DNA from: an uncultured cyanobacterium
GTDB lineage: Bacteria > Cyanobacteriota > Cyanobacteriia > Cyanobacteriales > Cyanobacteriaceae
DNA: 64,000 nucleotides
Direction of reading: 5' to 3'
NCBI GenBank assembly: GCA_963710605.1
Contig: CAVQBA010000004.1
Coordinates: 384,001-448,000 of the forward strand
In this document: one piece after another, positions 54,381 through 64,000 of the stretch
Position numbering within the stretch: position 1 is the first letter of the stretch
Layout: each line of letters opens with the position of its first letter
Translations under genes and position numbers: made by a program
Notes under the pieces: model-generated
Told to the model about the DNA's origin: nothing
The model's database searches: none
The model's input: only the letters and a program-made list of their open reading frames with translations

Positions 54381-56675
54381 TTATTCTTCTTCATCATCAA
54401 CTATTTCTTCTGAATTATCTAATTTCAACATTAGTACACCTAAAGGAGGTAAACATAAATCGATCGAATTATTGTAATTATGGAAAAACCATTGATCAGT
54501 ATATTTACCGCCCAGATTACCCATATTGCTACCACCGTAATCACGAGAATCACTATTAAATATCTCACTGTAAAAACCAGCTTCAGGCACACCGATACGA
54601 TAATGACTATGAGGTTGAGGAGTAAAGTTACAAACCACGATTACAAAATCACCACTAATAGTACCACGACGGATAAAAACAGCTACACTATGACGACTAT
54701 CGCTACAATCAATCCATTGAAAACCTTCTTCATCAAAATCATTTTCGTATAAAGCAGGCTCACTCTTATAAATAGTATTTAAATCAATAAAAAATTGTTT
54801 GAGTTGTTTATGTTTACCATATTGAAGTAAATGCCATTCCAAATCACTAGCCACATTCCACTCACCCCATTGAGCAAATTCCATACTCATAAACAGGGTT
54901 TTTTTACCTGGATGAGCATACATATAAGTAAACAAAGATCTTAAATTAGCAAATTTTTGCCATTCATCTCCCGGCATTTTACTAATCATGCTTCTTTTAC
55001 CATGAACAACTTCATCGTGGGAAAAAGCTAAGACAAAATTTTCGCAGTGGTGATACCACATACTGAAGGTAATATTATTTTGGTGGAATTGACGAAACCA
55101 AGCATCCATCGCAAAATAGTCAAGAATATCGTGCATCCAACCCATATTCCACTTCAGATTAAACCCTAAACCTCCTTCATCGGCAGGGCGAGAAACCATT
55201 GCCCAAGAGGTTGATTCTTCGGCTATAGACAAAATACCTTGATATTTTTTAAATAAAATCTGGTTTACTTTACGTAAAAAAGCGACAGCTTCTATATTTT
55301 CTCTACCACCTAATTCATTAGGTATCCATTCTCCATCTTCTCGATCGTAATCTAAATAAAGCATTGAAGCGACTGCATCTACTCTAATTCCATCAATGTG
55401 ATATTTATCAAACCAAAACAAAGCATTAGAAACTAAAAAATTACAAACTTCATTACGTCCATAGTCAAAGACTAAAGTACCCCAACCTTTATGTTCTCCC
55501 TGACGGGGGTCAGCGTGTTCAAATAAATATGTACCATCAAAATAAGCTAAACCATGAGCATCTTTAGGAAAATGACCTGGTACCCAATCAAGTATCACAC
55601 CAAGATCGTTTTGATGACATTGATCGATAAAATACATTAAATCTTCAGGTGTGCCGTAACGAGATGTAGGGGCATAATATCCTGTAACTTGATAACCCCA
55701 CGAGCCATCAAATGGATGTTCGGCGATCGGTAACAATTCAACGTGGGTAAATCCTAATTCTTTAACATAAGGGATTAATCTTTCTGCTAATTCGTAATAA
55801 GTTAGATAACGAGCAGAGGGTTTGTATTCTGAAGCTACGACTATTTGTGCACCTTTGTCATATTGTTTGAGAGGCTCTTCGATCGATGTATGTAACCATG
55901 AACCTAAATGTACTTCGTAAATAGTAATCGGTTGAGTTAAAATATCGGTCTGTTCACGTTGCTTGAGCCATGGTTCATCCTGCCATTGATAAGAATCTAA
56001 ATCGGCGACAATTGAGGCTGTTTGGGGTCTAATTTCTTGAGTAAAGCCAAAAGGATCTGATTTGGGGTAAATATGACCTTCTGGGTTTTTAATTTCATAT
56101 TTATAATGAGTACCAAAACCTAATTCAGGTATAAATAATTCCCAGATCATATCTTGACGTTGACGCATTTGATGCTGTCTGCCATCCCATTCATTAAAAT
56201 CTCCGATTAATGATACATTACGAGCATTTGGAGCCCAAACAGCAAAACGAACTCCTTTAATGCCTGATTGTTCGGTTACATGAGCACCTAATTTATCATA
56301 AATATAGTGATGATCTCCTTGTCCAAATAAATAGATATCGTAGTCGGTGATGTAATCTTCGGTAAATTGATATGAGTCGTAGATAATTGTTTTTTGTCCA
56401 GCCTTGGTAATTTCTAATTGGTAAGGTTTTATTTCGCTTTCTTTAACCTCACACTCAAAAAAGTGAGGATGATGTAATGAGTGCATAGGAAACGATCGTT
56501 TCTTCTTTGGTAAAACTACCGATATATTAGTTGCGTCTGGGATATATGCACGAATTATCCATTTTATTGAGCCAAAAGTCTTTGATATTTGATGGCAACC
56601 CAAAATCTCAAAAGGATTATGGTGCAAATTATTGACTATTTGATTGACTTGCTCAAGACTTATTTTACTCGTCAT
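54381..56675 (-). CDS. glgB: 1,4-alpha-glucan branching enzyme
   Basis: FAVWAPNA, IYEVHLGSW, SWGYQ, DGIRVDAVASMLY, AEEST and SHDEVVHGK. Confidence 0.97.
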   Translation of the reverse strand: MTSKISLEQVNQIVNNLHHNPFEILGCHQISKTFGSIKWIIRAYIPDATNISVVLPKKKRSFPMHSLHHPHFFECEVKESEIKPYQLEITKAGQKTIIYDSYQFTEDYITDYDIYLFGQGDHHYIYDKLGAHVTEQSGIKGVRFAVWAPNARNVSLIGDFNEWDGRQHQMRQRQDMIWELFIPELGFGTHYKYEIKNPEGHIYPKSDPFGFTQEIRPQTASIVADLDSYQWQDEPWLKQREQTDILTQPITIYEVHLGSWLHTSIEEPLKQYDKGAQIVVASEYKPSARYLTYYELAERLIPYVKELGFTHVELLPIAEHPFDGSWGYQVTGYYAPTSRYGTPEDLMYFIDQCHQNDLGVILDWVPGHFPKDAHGLAYFDGTYLFEHADPRQGEHKGWGTLVFDYGRNEVCNFLVSNALFWFDKYHIDGIRVDAVASMLYLDYDREDGEWIPNELGGRENIEAVAFLRKVNQILFKKYQGILSIAEESTSWAMVSRPADEGGLGFNLKWNMGWMHDILDYFAMDAWFRQFHQNNITFSMWYHHCENFVLAFSHDEVVHGKRSMISKMPGDEWQKFANLRSLFTYMYAHPGKKTLFMSMEFAQWGEWNVASDLEWHLLQYGKHKQLKQFFIDLNTIYKSEPALYENDFDEEGFQWIDCSDSRHSVAVFIRRGTISGDFVIVVCNFTPQPHSHYRIGVPEAGFYSEIFNSDSRDYGGSNMGNLGGKYTDQWFFHNYNNSIDLCLPPLGVLMLKLDNSEEIVDDEEE

Positions 56676-56981
56676 TTAGTTATGCAATTGAGGGAAAGTT
56701 AGGTGAGTTTTCCATCATGATAGCCATTTTTTCGAGATTCTGATCTACTTTATTTATGTTTAGATCTAGTTTGCTTGTTTTTAGCAAATAAACGATCGAT
56801 CTTTAGTTTTCCTCTATTTTTCACTTATAAAAAACTAATTATTTTAATTTTTGGTTAAGTTAATTACCTTAATATTAAGTTGATTAAGTAATAGTTAATC
56901 AATTTAAATGATAGACAATTATGATCAAAATATCCTATAATCTTTTTAACACATTGTTAATTTTTATATGAGGTTGTATTT

Positions 56982-57164
56982 ATGCCCTATACAGAAGAAG
57001 AAGGCGGAAGATTGAATAATTTTGCTAATGAACCTAAAGTTTATGGAGCAGAACCTCCTACTGGAGCTGAAAAACGTAATTATGTTATTTTAGGTGCTTT
57101 GGCATTAGGCTTAGTTGCAGGTGTAATTGCAATTACTTTTTACGCTTCTAATGTCGGCGGTTAG
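56982..57164 (+). CDS. psb34: Ssl1498/Psb34 family PSII assembly factor
   Basis: YTEEEGGRLNNFANEPKVY.AEPP followed by a single TM helix. Confidence 0.85.
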   Translation: MPYTEEEGGRLNNFANEPKVYGAEPPTGAEKRNYVILGALALGLVAGVIAITFYASNVGG

Positions 57165-57273
57165 TTGTAATCGAAAACTATTTAAAAAAATCGATCGTAA
57201 ATTAATTATTTAACTAAATATTTTTTTCATTAAAACAAAATTAATTAAACTAACTTTGTTTTAATCTTAGATA

Positions 57274-57295
57274 GAGGGGGTTTCCCCCTTTATTT
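57274..57295. terminator. Short hairpin between convergent psb34 and glgA
   Basis: AGGGGG-TTT-CCCCCT followed by TTATTT. Confidence 0.5.
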
Positions 57296-57336
57296 ATTAC
57301 AATTAAGACTATTTTTTGTCGTGATGGTTTTTAATT

Positions 57337-58812
57337 TTACTTATCTTTAAGAAAATCATACAAAGTAATATAATCACTTCCAGAGCTACTCCATGAGTAA
57401 TCATATTGCATTCCCTGCTGTTGCAATTTCCTAAAGTCTTCAGGGAAATAATGCCACAAACCAATTGCTCTTTCTAAAGCCGATTCCATGCCACCATAAT
57501 CACTTTGATAAAAGACAAAGCCATTTCTTGTTTCTGGTGAATGATGATAATCATAATCTTTATCAAATACTGTATCAATTAATCCGCCTACTCCACGAAC
57601 TACGGGTACAGTACCATAACGTAAACCAATTAATTGAGTCAAACCGCAGGGTTCAAAATTACTCGGAATCACAATTATATCTGCACCTGCATAAATAAGG
57701 TGAGCAAGTTCTTCATTAAAAGCTAATTCTATATGACAATCAGGGTTATCATTTAGATAATTTTTCTCATGCCAAAATCGATCGTTAATTTCTTTACCTG
57801 TAGCCGAACCAAGTAAGACAAATTGGGCATTGCGTTGTAAAGCATAATGAATAGAGTGATGGACTAACTCTACTCCTTTTTGATAATCTAATCGACCAAC
57901 ATAAGCCACCACGGGTTTATGATCATCTTTTAAAAACAATCTATTTCTTAATGCCTGACGATTGTTATTTTTGTTTTCAACAGTACTACTGTTATAATGA
58001 CTTGGCACAAAGTTGTCGTGTTCTGGATTCCAACTATTGTAATCAATACCGTTGAGAATACCGCTAAATTTACCTTGATGGATTTCTAAAGTATGACCCA
58101 AACCATAACTAACATCACTAAATCGAGCCTCCCACGCATGATGAGGAGAAACAGTTGTGACGTGGTTTGAATAAACAATACCACCCTTCATTAAATTTAA
58201 AGCAGAAGGATTAAAGTTATCTCTTAAACGATCGTAACTAAAATAATACTCACTATCATTTAATTCTACTGCACGCAGAATATCACCACTAGTTACCCCT
58301 TGGTGTTTAAAGTTATGAATCGTATAACAAACACGCTGATGATCCATACCACGCCATTTATACTTATCATATAACAAGACAGGAACTAATCCTGTTTGCC
58401 AATCATGACAATGAATAATATCAGGACGTTTGTTCGTAACACATAAAAACTCTAAAGCGGCTTTGGAAAAAAAGGCAAAACGTAAATCATCATCATCACT
58501 GCCATAATAACAACCTCGATTAAAGAAATTATCCCGAGAATGAGGCTGTATAAAAAAGCAAACTAATCCGTTTACCCAGCCACAAAAAACAGTACAATTT
58601 ATTCTACCTCCATACCAAGGTACTGATAGATTTTCATAAGCATTATGTAATCCCCAAATGTGGTCGTAACGCATACAATCATACATCGGTAAAACTATCT
58701 CTACCGTATGATTTCTTGTTTGGATGTCTTTACTTAAGCCGTAAACGACATCTCCTAATCCACCCGCTTTAATCACAGGTGCACATTCGGAGGCAATCTG
58801 AACGATGTACAT
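57337..58812 (-). CDS. glgA: Glycogen synthase
   Basis: KAGGLGDV, HCHDWQTG, GRLDYQKG and PSNFEPCGLTQ. Confidence 0.96.
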   Translation of the reverse strand: MYIVQIASECAPVIKAGGLGDVVYGLSKDIQTRNHTVEIVLPMYDCMRYDHIWGLHNAYENLSVPWYGGRINCTVFCGWVNGLVCFFIQPHSRDNFFNRGCYYGSDDDDLRFAFFSKAALEFLCVTNKRPDIIHCHDWQTGLVPVLLYDKYKWRGMDHQRVCYTIHNFKHQGVTSGDILRAVELNDSEYYFSYDRLRDNFNPSALNLMKGGIVYSNHVTTVSPHHAWEARFSDVSYGLGHTLEIHQGKFSGILNGIDYNSWNPEHDNFVPSHYNSSTVENKNNNRQALRNRLFLKDDHKPVVAYVGRLDYQKGVELVHHSIHYALQRNAQFVLLGSATGKEINDRFWHEKNYLNDNPDCHIELAFNEELAHLIYAGADIIVIPSNFEPCGLTQLIGLRYGTVPVVRGVGGLIDTVFDKDYDYHHSPETRNGFVFYQSDYGGMESALERAIGLWHYFPEDFRKLQQQGMQYDYSWSSSGSDYITLYDFLKDK

Positions 58813-59114
58813 AGAAAAATTTAACCCCCTTTTCTTTTATTTTGCTGTTTACTTGATTTATTTTTTTAAGCTCAAGAATGAATGACTTTGTAAATATAGA
58901 TAAATATAGAGTTAGTTACTAATGAACTAATTTTTTTACTAAAGTTTCACATTACTCAGACCATAAAAAACATCACAAAAACAATAATTCTTAAATTATA
59001 TTGTGTAACTGCAATATATTCATAACAATAATCAATAATTTAGTTCGCCATAAACAGACAAAGAATAGCACTAACAATTATTAAAGTAATTAATAAATAA
59101 TAATTAATTGTTGA

Positions 59115-59972
59115 TTATTTATTGACAGTAGATAAACTTCTTGGGGCGGCAAAAACTACTTTGGCTTTAGTCGTACCAATATATCGCCAGTGCCAAGGTT
59201 CAAAACTAACTCCTTGTGAGTTGTTGGGTATAAAGGATAATTCAAAACCGTAATCTTGAGCATTTTGAGCTAACCATTTATACGCAGGAGTAGATTCAAA
59301 TTCAAATTTCAAATCCATCTTCGGTTTTTTACCGTCACCAATATCGACTGCATAACCTGTATGATGTTCGCTATACCCTGGTGGTGCGCTGAGTTTAGCG
59401 GCGGCTTTTTTACTACCTTGTCTTTTTGTCTGTCTGGTAAATAATTGTTTTTGAACATCTACATCACGAAAACCAGAGATTAAGACTAATTCTATATTTT
59501 GTTTTTGAGCATCCGCTTTCATCTTTTTAAATACTTCGGCGGCTTCAATATCTAAATATTCAACACGATCGTAATATTTACCCATATTAACCAAACGATT
59601 AGGTGCAGTTTCGCTAAAAGGAAAATGTCCTAAATAAGTTTCCACTTTTGGTGTGGTAGTTACAGGTTCAGGTTGGGGTAAAGGTGGTCCAATAATGTTA
59701 TCATTGACTGGCTCAACATCTGAAGAATTAGAATCTGTATTGGTAGCTGTGTTTTCTTCTTCAGTTGTGGGTGTATCTAGCGGGGTATTCTTCTCAGCTA
59801 AAGAGTCTGTTGGGGTGGGATTATTTAAAGTTACTTGATTGTTATCTTCAAGACTCGCAATCGATCGAGTTTGGGGTAAATACCAGTAAGCAATGACGAC
59901 TATAATAGCCGATGCGAGTAGAAAATTTATAATTTGAAAATTAGTGAATAAAAATCTAAGTAGTTTTTTCAT
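59115..59972 (-). CDS. D-Ala-D-Ala carboxypeptidase (M15B/VanY)
   Basis: SGFR, SAPPGYSEHHTGYAVD and EPWHWRY; N-terminal TM plus Pro/Thr linker. Confidence 0.92.
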   Translation of the reverse strand: MKKLLRFLFTNFQIINFLLASAIIVVIAYWYLPQTRSIASLEDNNQVTLNNPTPTDSLAEKNTPLDTPTTEEENTATNTDSNSSDVEPVNDNIIGPPLPQPEPVTTTPKVETYLGHFPFSETAPNRLVNMGKYYDRVEYLDIEAAEVFKKMKADAQKQNIELVLISGFRDVDVQKQLFTRQTKRQGSKKAAAKLSAPPGYSEHHTGYAVDIGDGKKPKMDLKFEFESTPAYKWLAQNAQDYGFELSFIPNNSQGVSFEPWHWRYIGTTKAKVVFAAPRSLSTVNK

Positions 59973-59995
59973 AAAGATAATTAACTTTAGTTGAT

Positions 59996-61495
59996 TTAAA
60001 AGTCAACTAATTGAGAAGCCATCCAACCTTTCGTATTAGATTGAGGATGATAAATTTGATACCAGATATAATTACCCACTTTCTCACCACCTCCAATTAT
60101 CTGTAAGGTATCGCCTGTGTATGCACGACCAATAATTTGATTGTTTGTACCAGGCCCTGAGCGTATATTTTTCCGCCCTGGAGTACCACCGACAACGCCA
60201 GTTATCTTTTTATCTGGGTTTTCTGGTTCTCCAATTATACTATTGATAAGACGTAGTTTCTTGACTTCTTTTTGAGCTTGCTTGCGTAATTGCTCTTCTC
60301 TACGCCACTTTTTTTCAACATCTATTCTTAATTGTTCAGCTTTTTGACTTTTGGTTTGATTTTCTTCACTTATCTGGAGTTGCTGGGCTAATTGAGCTTG
60401 TATTTCTGCTTTTTGTTGTTCTATCTGTGCTAGTTTTGATTGATATTCGTTATTTTGATTCGAGGAAACAAAAATATAAGTGAGTAATGTTGCTACAGTT
60501 AAAAATAAGCCGACGATGAGTATAGTTTTTTTCTGCTCTAATGAGTCTTTATCAACTGAAGATGTGGTGTTATTATTATTCGTTGCAACTTTAGTAGAAA
60601 CCAAACTTTGAGGAGAATTATTCTCTTGTGTTTGAGCAAAAAATGTTTCTGAATTATTTGTGTATAAGGAAGCAACATTATGACTAGTTTTGAAATGTAA
60701 ATCTTTTGACATCGCTTCGGCGGTAGGGTAACGACTAGCGATATCCATTTGGGTTGCTTTAGTGAGTACTTTTTGCAAGTTGTTGTCTAAATCGACTTCT
60801 AGATTATCTTGCCATTCTAATTCACCTGTAATCGGATCTGAAGAGAACTCTTGAGGTAGTTTTCCTGTTAAACTATAAATCATGCTTAAACCCAGTGCAT
60901 ACAAGTCGCTACTAAATACGGTTCTGTCTGAACTTTGCTCAGGCGCCATAAAACATTGTGTTCCGATGACGATTGAAGGAACAGTTGAACTAATAGAAGT
61001 ATTAAGGCTACCCATAGTTTCTTTTACTGCTCCAAAATCAATTAAGACAGGAAGTCGATCGCTTTGCCGAATAATGATATTCTCAGGTTTGATGTCTCGG
61101 TGAATAATATTTTTCTTATGAATATATTCAAGGGTATCTAACAATGAAGAAAGAATAGAAATACATTGAGAAGAAGTAATTATTCCTAACTCAAGTAAGT
61201 TTTTACCTTCGATATATTCTTGAACTAAATAGTATTTATTCTCTTGACTAATATAAGCATAAAGTGAGGGAATTTGGGTGCAATTAGAACCTAATTCTTC
61301 TAAAACAGAAGCTTCTTTTAAAAATAATTTCTCACTGATTTCTGGCGTGATTTCATGATGATTAGATTTTAAAGATTTAAGGACAACTTTTTTTTGATTA
61401 GCACTTTGTAAATCAATGGCTAAGAATGTTTCGCCAAAGCCTCCTGAATTTAAAGATTGTAGTATTTGATAACGATCGAGTAAAATACTGTCCAT
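59996..61495 (-). CDS. Hanks-type Ser/Thr kinase with TM, coiled coil and C-terminal SH3b-like domain
   Basis: GGFGETF, HRDIKPEN, DFG and APE; NIRSGPGT..WY....GW. Confidence 0.92.
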   Translation of the reverse strand: MDSILLDRYQILQSLNSGGFGETFLAIDLQSANQKKVVLKSLKSNHHEITPEISEKLFLKEASVLEELGSNCTQIPSLYAYISQENKYYLVQEYIEGKNLLELGIITSSQCISILSSLLDTLEYIHKKNIIHRDIKPENIIIRQSDRLPVLIDFGAVKETMGSLNTSISSTVPSIVIGTQCFMAPEQSSDRTVFSSDLYALGLSMIYSLTGKLPQEFSSDPITGELEWQDNLEVDLDNNLQKVLTKATQMDIASRYPTAEAMSKDLHFKTSHNVASLYTNNSETFFAQTQENNSPQSLVSTKVATNNNNTTSSVDKDSLEQKKTILIVGLFLTVATLLTYIFVSSNQNNEYQSKLAQIEQQKAEIQAQLAQQLQISEENQTKSQKAEQLRIDVEKKWRREEQLRKQAQKEVKKLRLINSIIGEPENPDKKITGVVGGTPGRKNIRSGPGTNNQIIGRAYTGDTLQIIGGGEKVGNYIWYQIYHPQSNTKGWMASQLVDF

Positions 61496-61497
61496 CT

Positions 61498-61546
61498 TTG
61501 ATAATTGATAATTGATAATTGATAATTAATGATTGATAATTAATTA
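61498..61546. repeat. Heptamer tandem repeat TTGATAA; similar arrays near 25074, 25131, 33872, 33940, 43696, 50397, 51887, 63538 and 63696
   Basis: 7-mer arrays abutting gene ends. Confidence 0.85.
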
Positions 61547-61903
61547 TTTAGTACTTGTATATGAGAAAAGATGTTTCAAAATCTTATTTTATCCTTTTTT
61601 CGTAAATAAAGTAAAACTTGCTTTGGCTCAGGGTTTAATTAATTTTAAGTAATTTTTAATTCGGTACTTCGGAGTTAAGTCGGCAAAATAGCTCAATTTT
61701 AAAATTTTAGGAAAAGTTTTTTCACAACCTTCTAACTAAGCCAACAGCAATTCTATCTAATCAACTAAAGCCAAAAAAGTTCAAAAATGTAATCTGTAGC
61801 GTATGATTAGTTATAAGCGTTGAACGCTTTGTAATATTACCTAAATATCTTAGAATTTATAATTAGTACTCGATGACTTTTTAGTTGTCAACTATCCATT
61901 ATA

Positions 61904-63544
61904 TTGCATATGACATATACAGATCTGTCGTCATCTAATCAGACTAATAAAACCGAAACCAAGTCTTTAGAAGATTGTATTTTAGGTGCGATCGATATAG
62001 GTACAAATTCAATCCATATGGTAGTGGTCAAAATCAATGCTCAGATACCTTCATTTAGAATTATAGCCAAAGAAAAAGACACAGTTAGATTAGGCGATCG
62101 AGATCCTAAAACAGGAGATTTAACTGAAGTTGCTATGGAACGGGCATTTGCCGCCCTTACTCGCTGTAAACAACTAGCTCATAGCCTACAAGTCGAACAT
62201 ATTGCAGCGGTGGCAACTAGTGCGACTCGTGAAGCAGGTAATGGACAACAATTTATCGATCGAGTTGAACGAGAATTAGGTATCGTCATCGATTTGATTT
62301 CAGGGCAGGAAGAAGCACGTCGTATTTATTTAGGTGTTTTATCAGGGATGGAATTTGGCGATGATGTTCACGCCGTTATTGATATTGGTGGTGGTTCGAC
62401 CGAAATAATTTTAGGAGATGATCAAGATACACGTTTTTTGAGTAGTACTAAAGTCGGTGCAGTCAGACTTACCCAAGAATTTGTTAGTAGTGATCCAGTT
62501 AGTACAAAAGACTTGATGCGTTTACAAGGTTACATTCAAGGAATGTTAGAACGCCCTGTTGATCAATTCAAACAAGCACTATTATCAGGAGAAAAGCCAA
62601 TTTTAGTTGGTACATCGGGTACAGCAGAAACGATCGCTACTATTCATGCTGAAAATACTCAAAAATCTGAACCTCTAACTCTTAATGGCTACACTATACC
62701 CTTAGAAGACATTGAAAATATCCTCCAGAAATTAGTCAAAATGGATTATGAGGAAAGGATGTCTGTAGGTGGTATGTCAGAACGTCGAGCTGAGATTATT
62801 ATTGCGGGTGTTACCATTATGGTAGAAGCAATGAAAATGCTAGAAATCGATCGTCTGACTATCTGTGAGCGTGCTTTAAGAGAAGGTATTATCGTTGACT
62901 GGATGTTGAAACACGGTTATATCGAAAATCGATTGGCATATCAAGGAGAAGTTCGTAACCGTAATGTTTATAAAATAGCTCATAAATATCAAGTTGATTT
63001 AGTTCATGCTGAAAAAATAGCTGAATTTGCTTTACAAATTTTTGATCAAACTCAAGGTGATTTACATAACTGGAATCAGTCACAAAGAGAATATTTATGG
63101 TCTGCGGCTATTTTACATAATTGTGGTTTGTATGTCTCTCATTCAGCTCATCATAAACATTCATACTATCTAATTCGTCATGCTGAGTTATTAGGTTTTA
63201 GTGAAATAGAAATTGAATTAGTTGCTCAAATTGCTCGTTATCACCGCAAAAGTAAGCCTAAACGTAAACATGATAATTATGGGGTTTTATCTGATCAAAA
63301 TCGGAAAATGATTAAACAACTTAGTGCTATCTTACGTTTAGCGATCGCTCTAGATCGACGTAAAATAGGTGCGATTAGAGCCTTAGAATGTAAATATGAC
63401 TTGGAGTACAAACAACTACATTTACATTTGTTTCCACGTCAGTTTAATGATGAATGTGCTTTAGAATTGTGGAGTTTAGAATACAAAAAACCAGTTTTTG
63501 AGCAGGAATTTGATCTTAAGTTATTAACTACTCTCCATAAATAA
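61904..63544 (+). CDS. ppx: Ppx/GppA exopolyphosphatase
   Basis: AIDIGTNSIH, ATSATREA, EEARRIY, DIGGGSTE, ALREG and ARYHRK. Confidence 0.94.
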   Translation: MHMTYTDLSSSNQTNKTETKSLEDCILGAIDIGTNSIHMVVVKINAQIPSFRIIAKEKDTVRLGDRDPKTGDLTEVAMERAFAALTRCKQLAHSLQVEHIAAVATSATREAGNGQQFIDRVERELGIVIDLISGQEEARRIYLGVLSGMEFGDDVHAVIDIGGGSTEIILGDDQDTRFLSSTKVGAVRLTQEFVSSDPVSTKDLMRLQGYIQGMLERPVDQFKQALLSGEKPILVGTSGTAETIATIHAENTQKSEPLTLNGYTIPLEDIENILQKLVKMDYEERMSVGGMSERRAEIIIAGVTIMVEAMKMLEIDRLTICERALREGIIVDWMLKHGYIENRLAYQGEVRNRNVYKIAHKYQVDLVHAEKIAEFALQIFDQTQGDLHNWNQSQREYLWSAAILHNCGLYVSHSAHHKHSYYLIRHAELLGFSEIEIELVAQIARYHRKSKPKRKHDNYGVLSDQNRKMIKQLSAILRLAIALDRRKIGAIRALECKYDLEYKQLHLHLFPRQFNDECALELWSLEYKKPVFEQEFDLKLLTTLHK

Positions 63545-63787
63545 TTAATAATTAATAATTGATAAGTGATAATTGATAAGTGATAATTGATAAGTAATAA
63601 TTAATAAGTAATAATTAATAATTGATAATTGTGTAACTATTACTGTTATAGGTTCAAAACAAGATTGTCACAAAATTAATTGTTCGATCGTTCACTGTAA
63701 TCTGTAATCTGTAATCTGTTAACTATTATCTATATTTTCAACCATCAATTATTTGGTTTGCACTGCCAAAATAGTACGATATTTAAG

Positions 63788-64000
63788 ATGAAAAAAAGAT
63801 CAACTCATCGCTCAATACCTCTTAAGTTTATTTTGGTAATTCCCTTTGTATTAGAAGTTTTTGTAGCTGTAGGAGTAATTGGTTTTTTATCATTAAGAAA
63901 TGGGCAAAAAGCAGTTAAAGAATTAGCAACCGAACTTCAACAAGAAATTGGTAATCGAATGGATAGACATATTCAAGATTACTTAGAAACTAGCTTAGAA
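63788..64000 (+). CDS. 5' end of a membrane-bound sensor protein (Cache-type kinase/cyclase N-terminus), truncated by the window
   Basis: MKKRSTHRSIPLKFILVIPFVLEVFVAVGVIGFLSLRNGQKAVKELA, open to the end. Confidence 0.7.
   Translation, partial: MKKRSTHRSIPLKFILVIPFVLEVFVAVGVIGFLSLRNGQKAVKELATELQQEIGNRMDRHIQDYLETSLE

Overview
AT-rich cyanobacterial chromosome segment with a dense CGATCG/HIP1 core, heptamer tandem repeats and phycoerythrin genes, which suggests a Geminocystis/Cyanobacterium-like host (inference). Most of the window is housekeeping: comB, thiO-thiG fusion, gcvT, uvrC, nhaS3, ycf51, nusB, hemD, pepP, hslO, plsY, argG, glgB, glgA, psb34, ppx and three tRNAs, plus a pebB-pebA / cpeC-cpeD-cpeS-cpeT cluster. 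Accessory highlights: (1) a 5.77-kb integrative element in tRNA-Thr(GGT), bounded by a perfect 44-bp att repeat. It carries a tyrosine integrase whose RBS is made of its own arm-type repeats, two tandem RHH paralogues, an HTH replication-type protein, a predicted countertranscript RNA, six copies of an 11-bp motif and a structured 1.3-kb non-coding block. A relic end of an older related element lies just outside it. (2) An AbiD/AbiF-family HEPN gene preceded by a promoter and a compact structured RNA (candidate RNA antitoxin). (3) hicAB with a nonsense-interrupted toxin. (4) Several genes or gene scraps bracketed by REP-like palindromes. Many conserved genes at about 24-36 kb, plus argG, carry 1-2 nt indels or stops, most likely consensus errors. 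All calls come from reading the sequence only; no searches were run.
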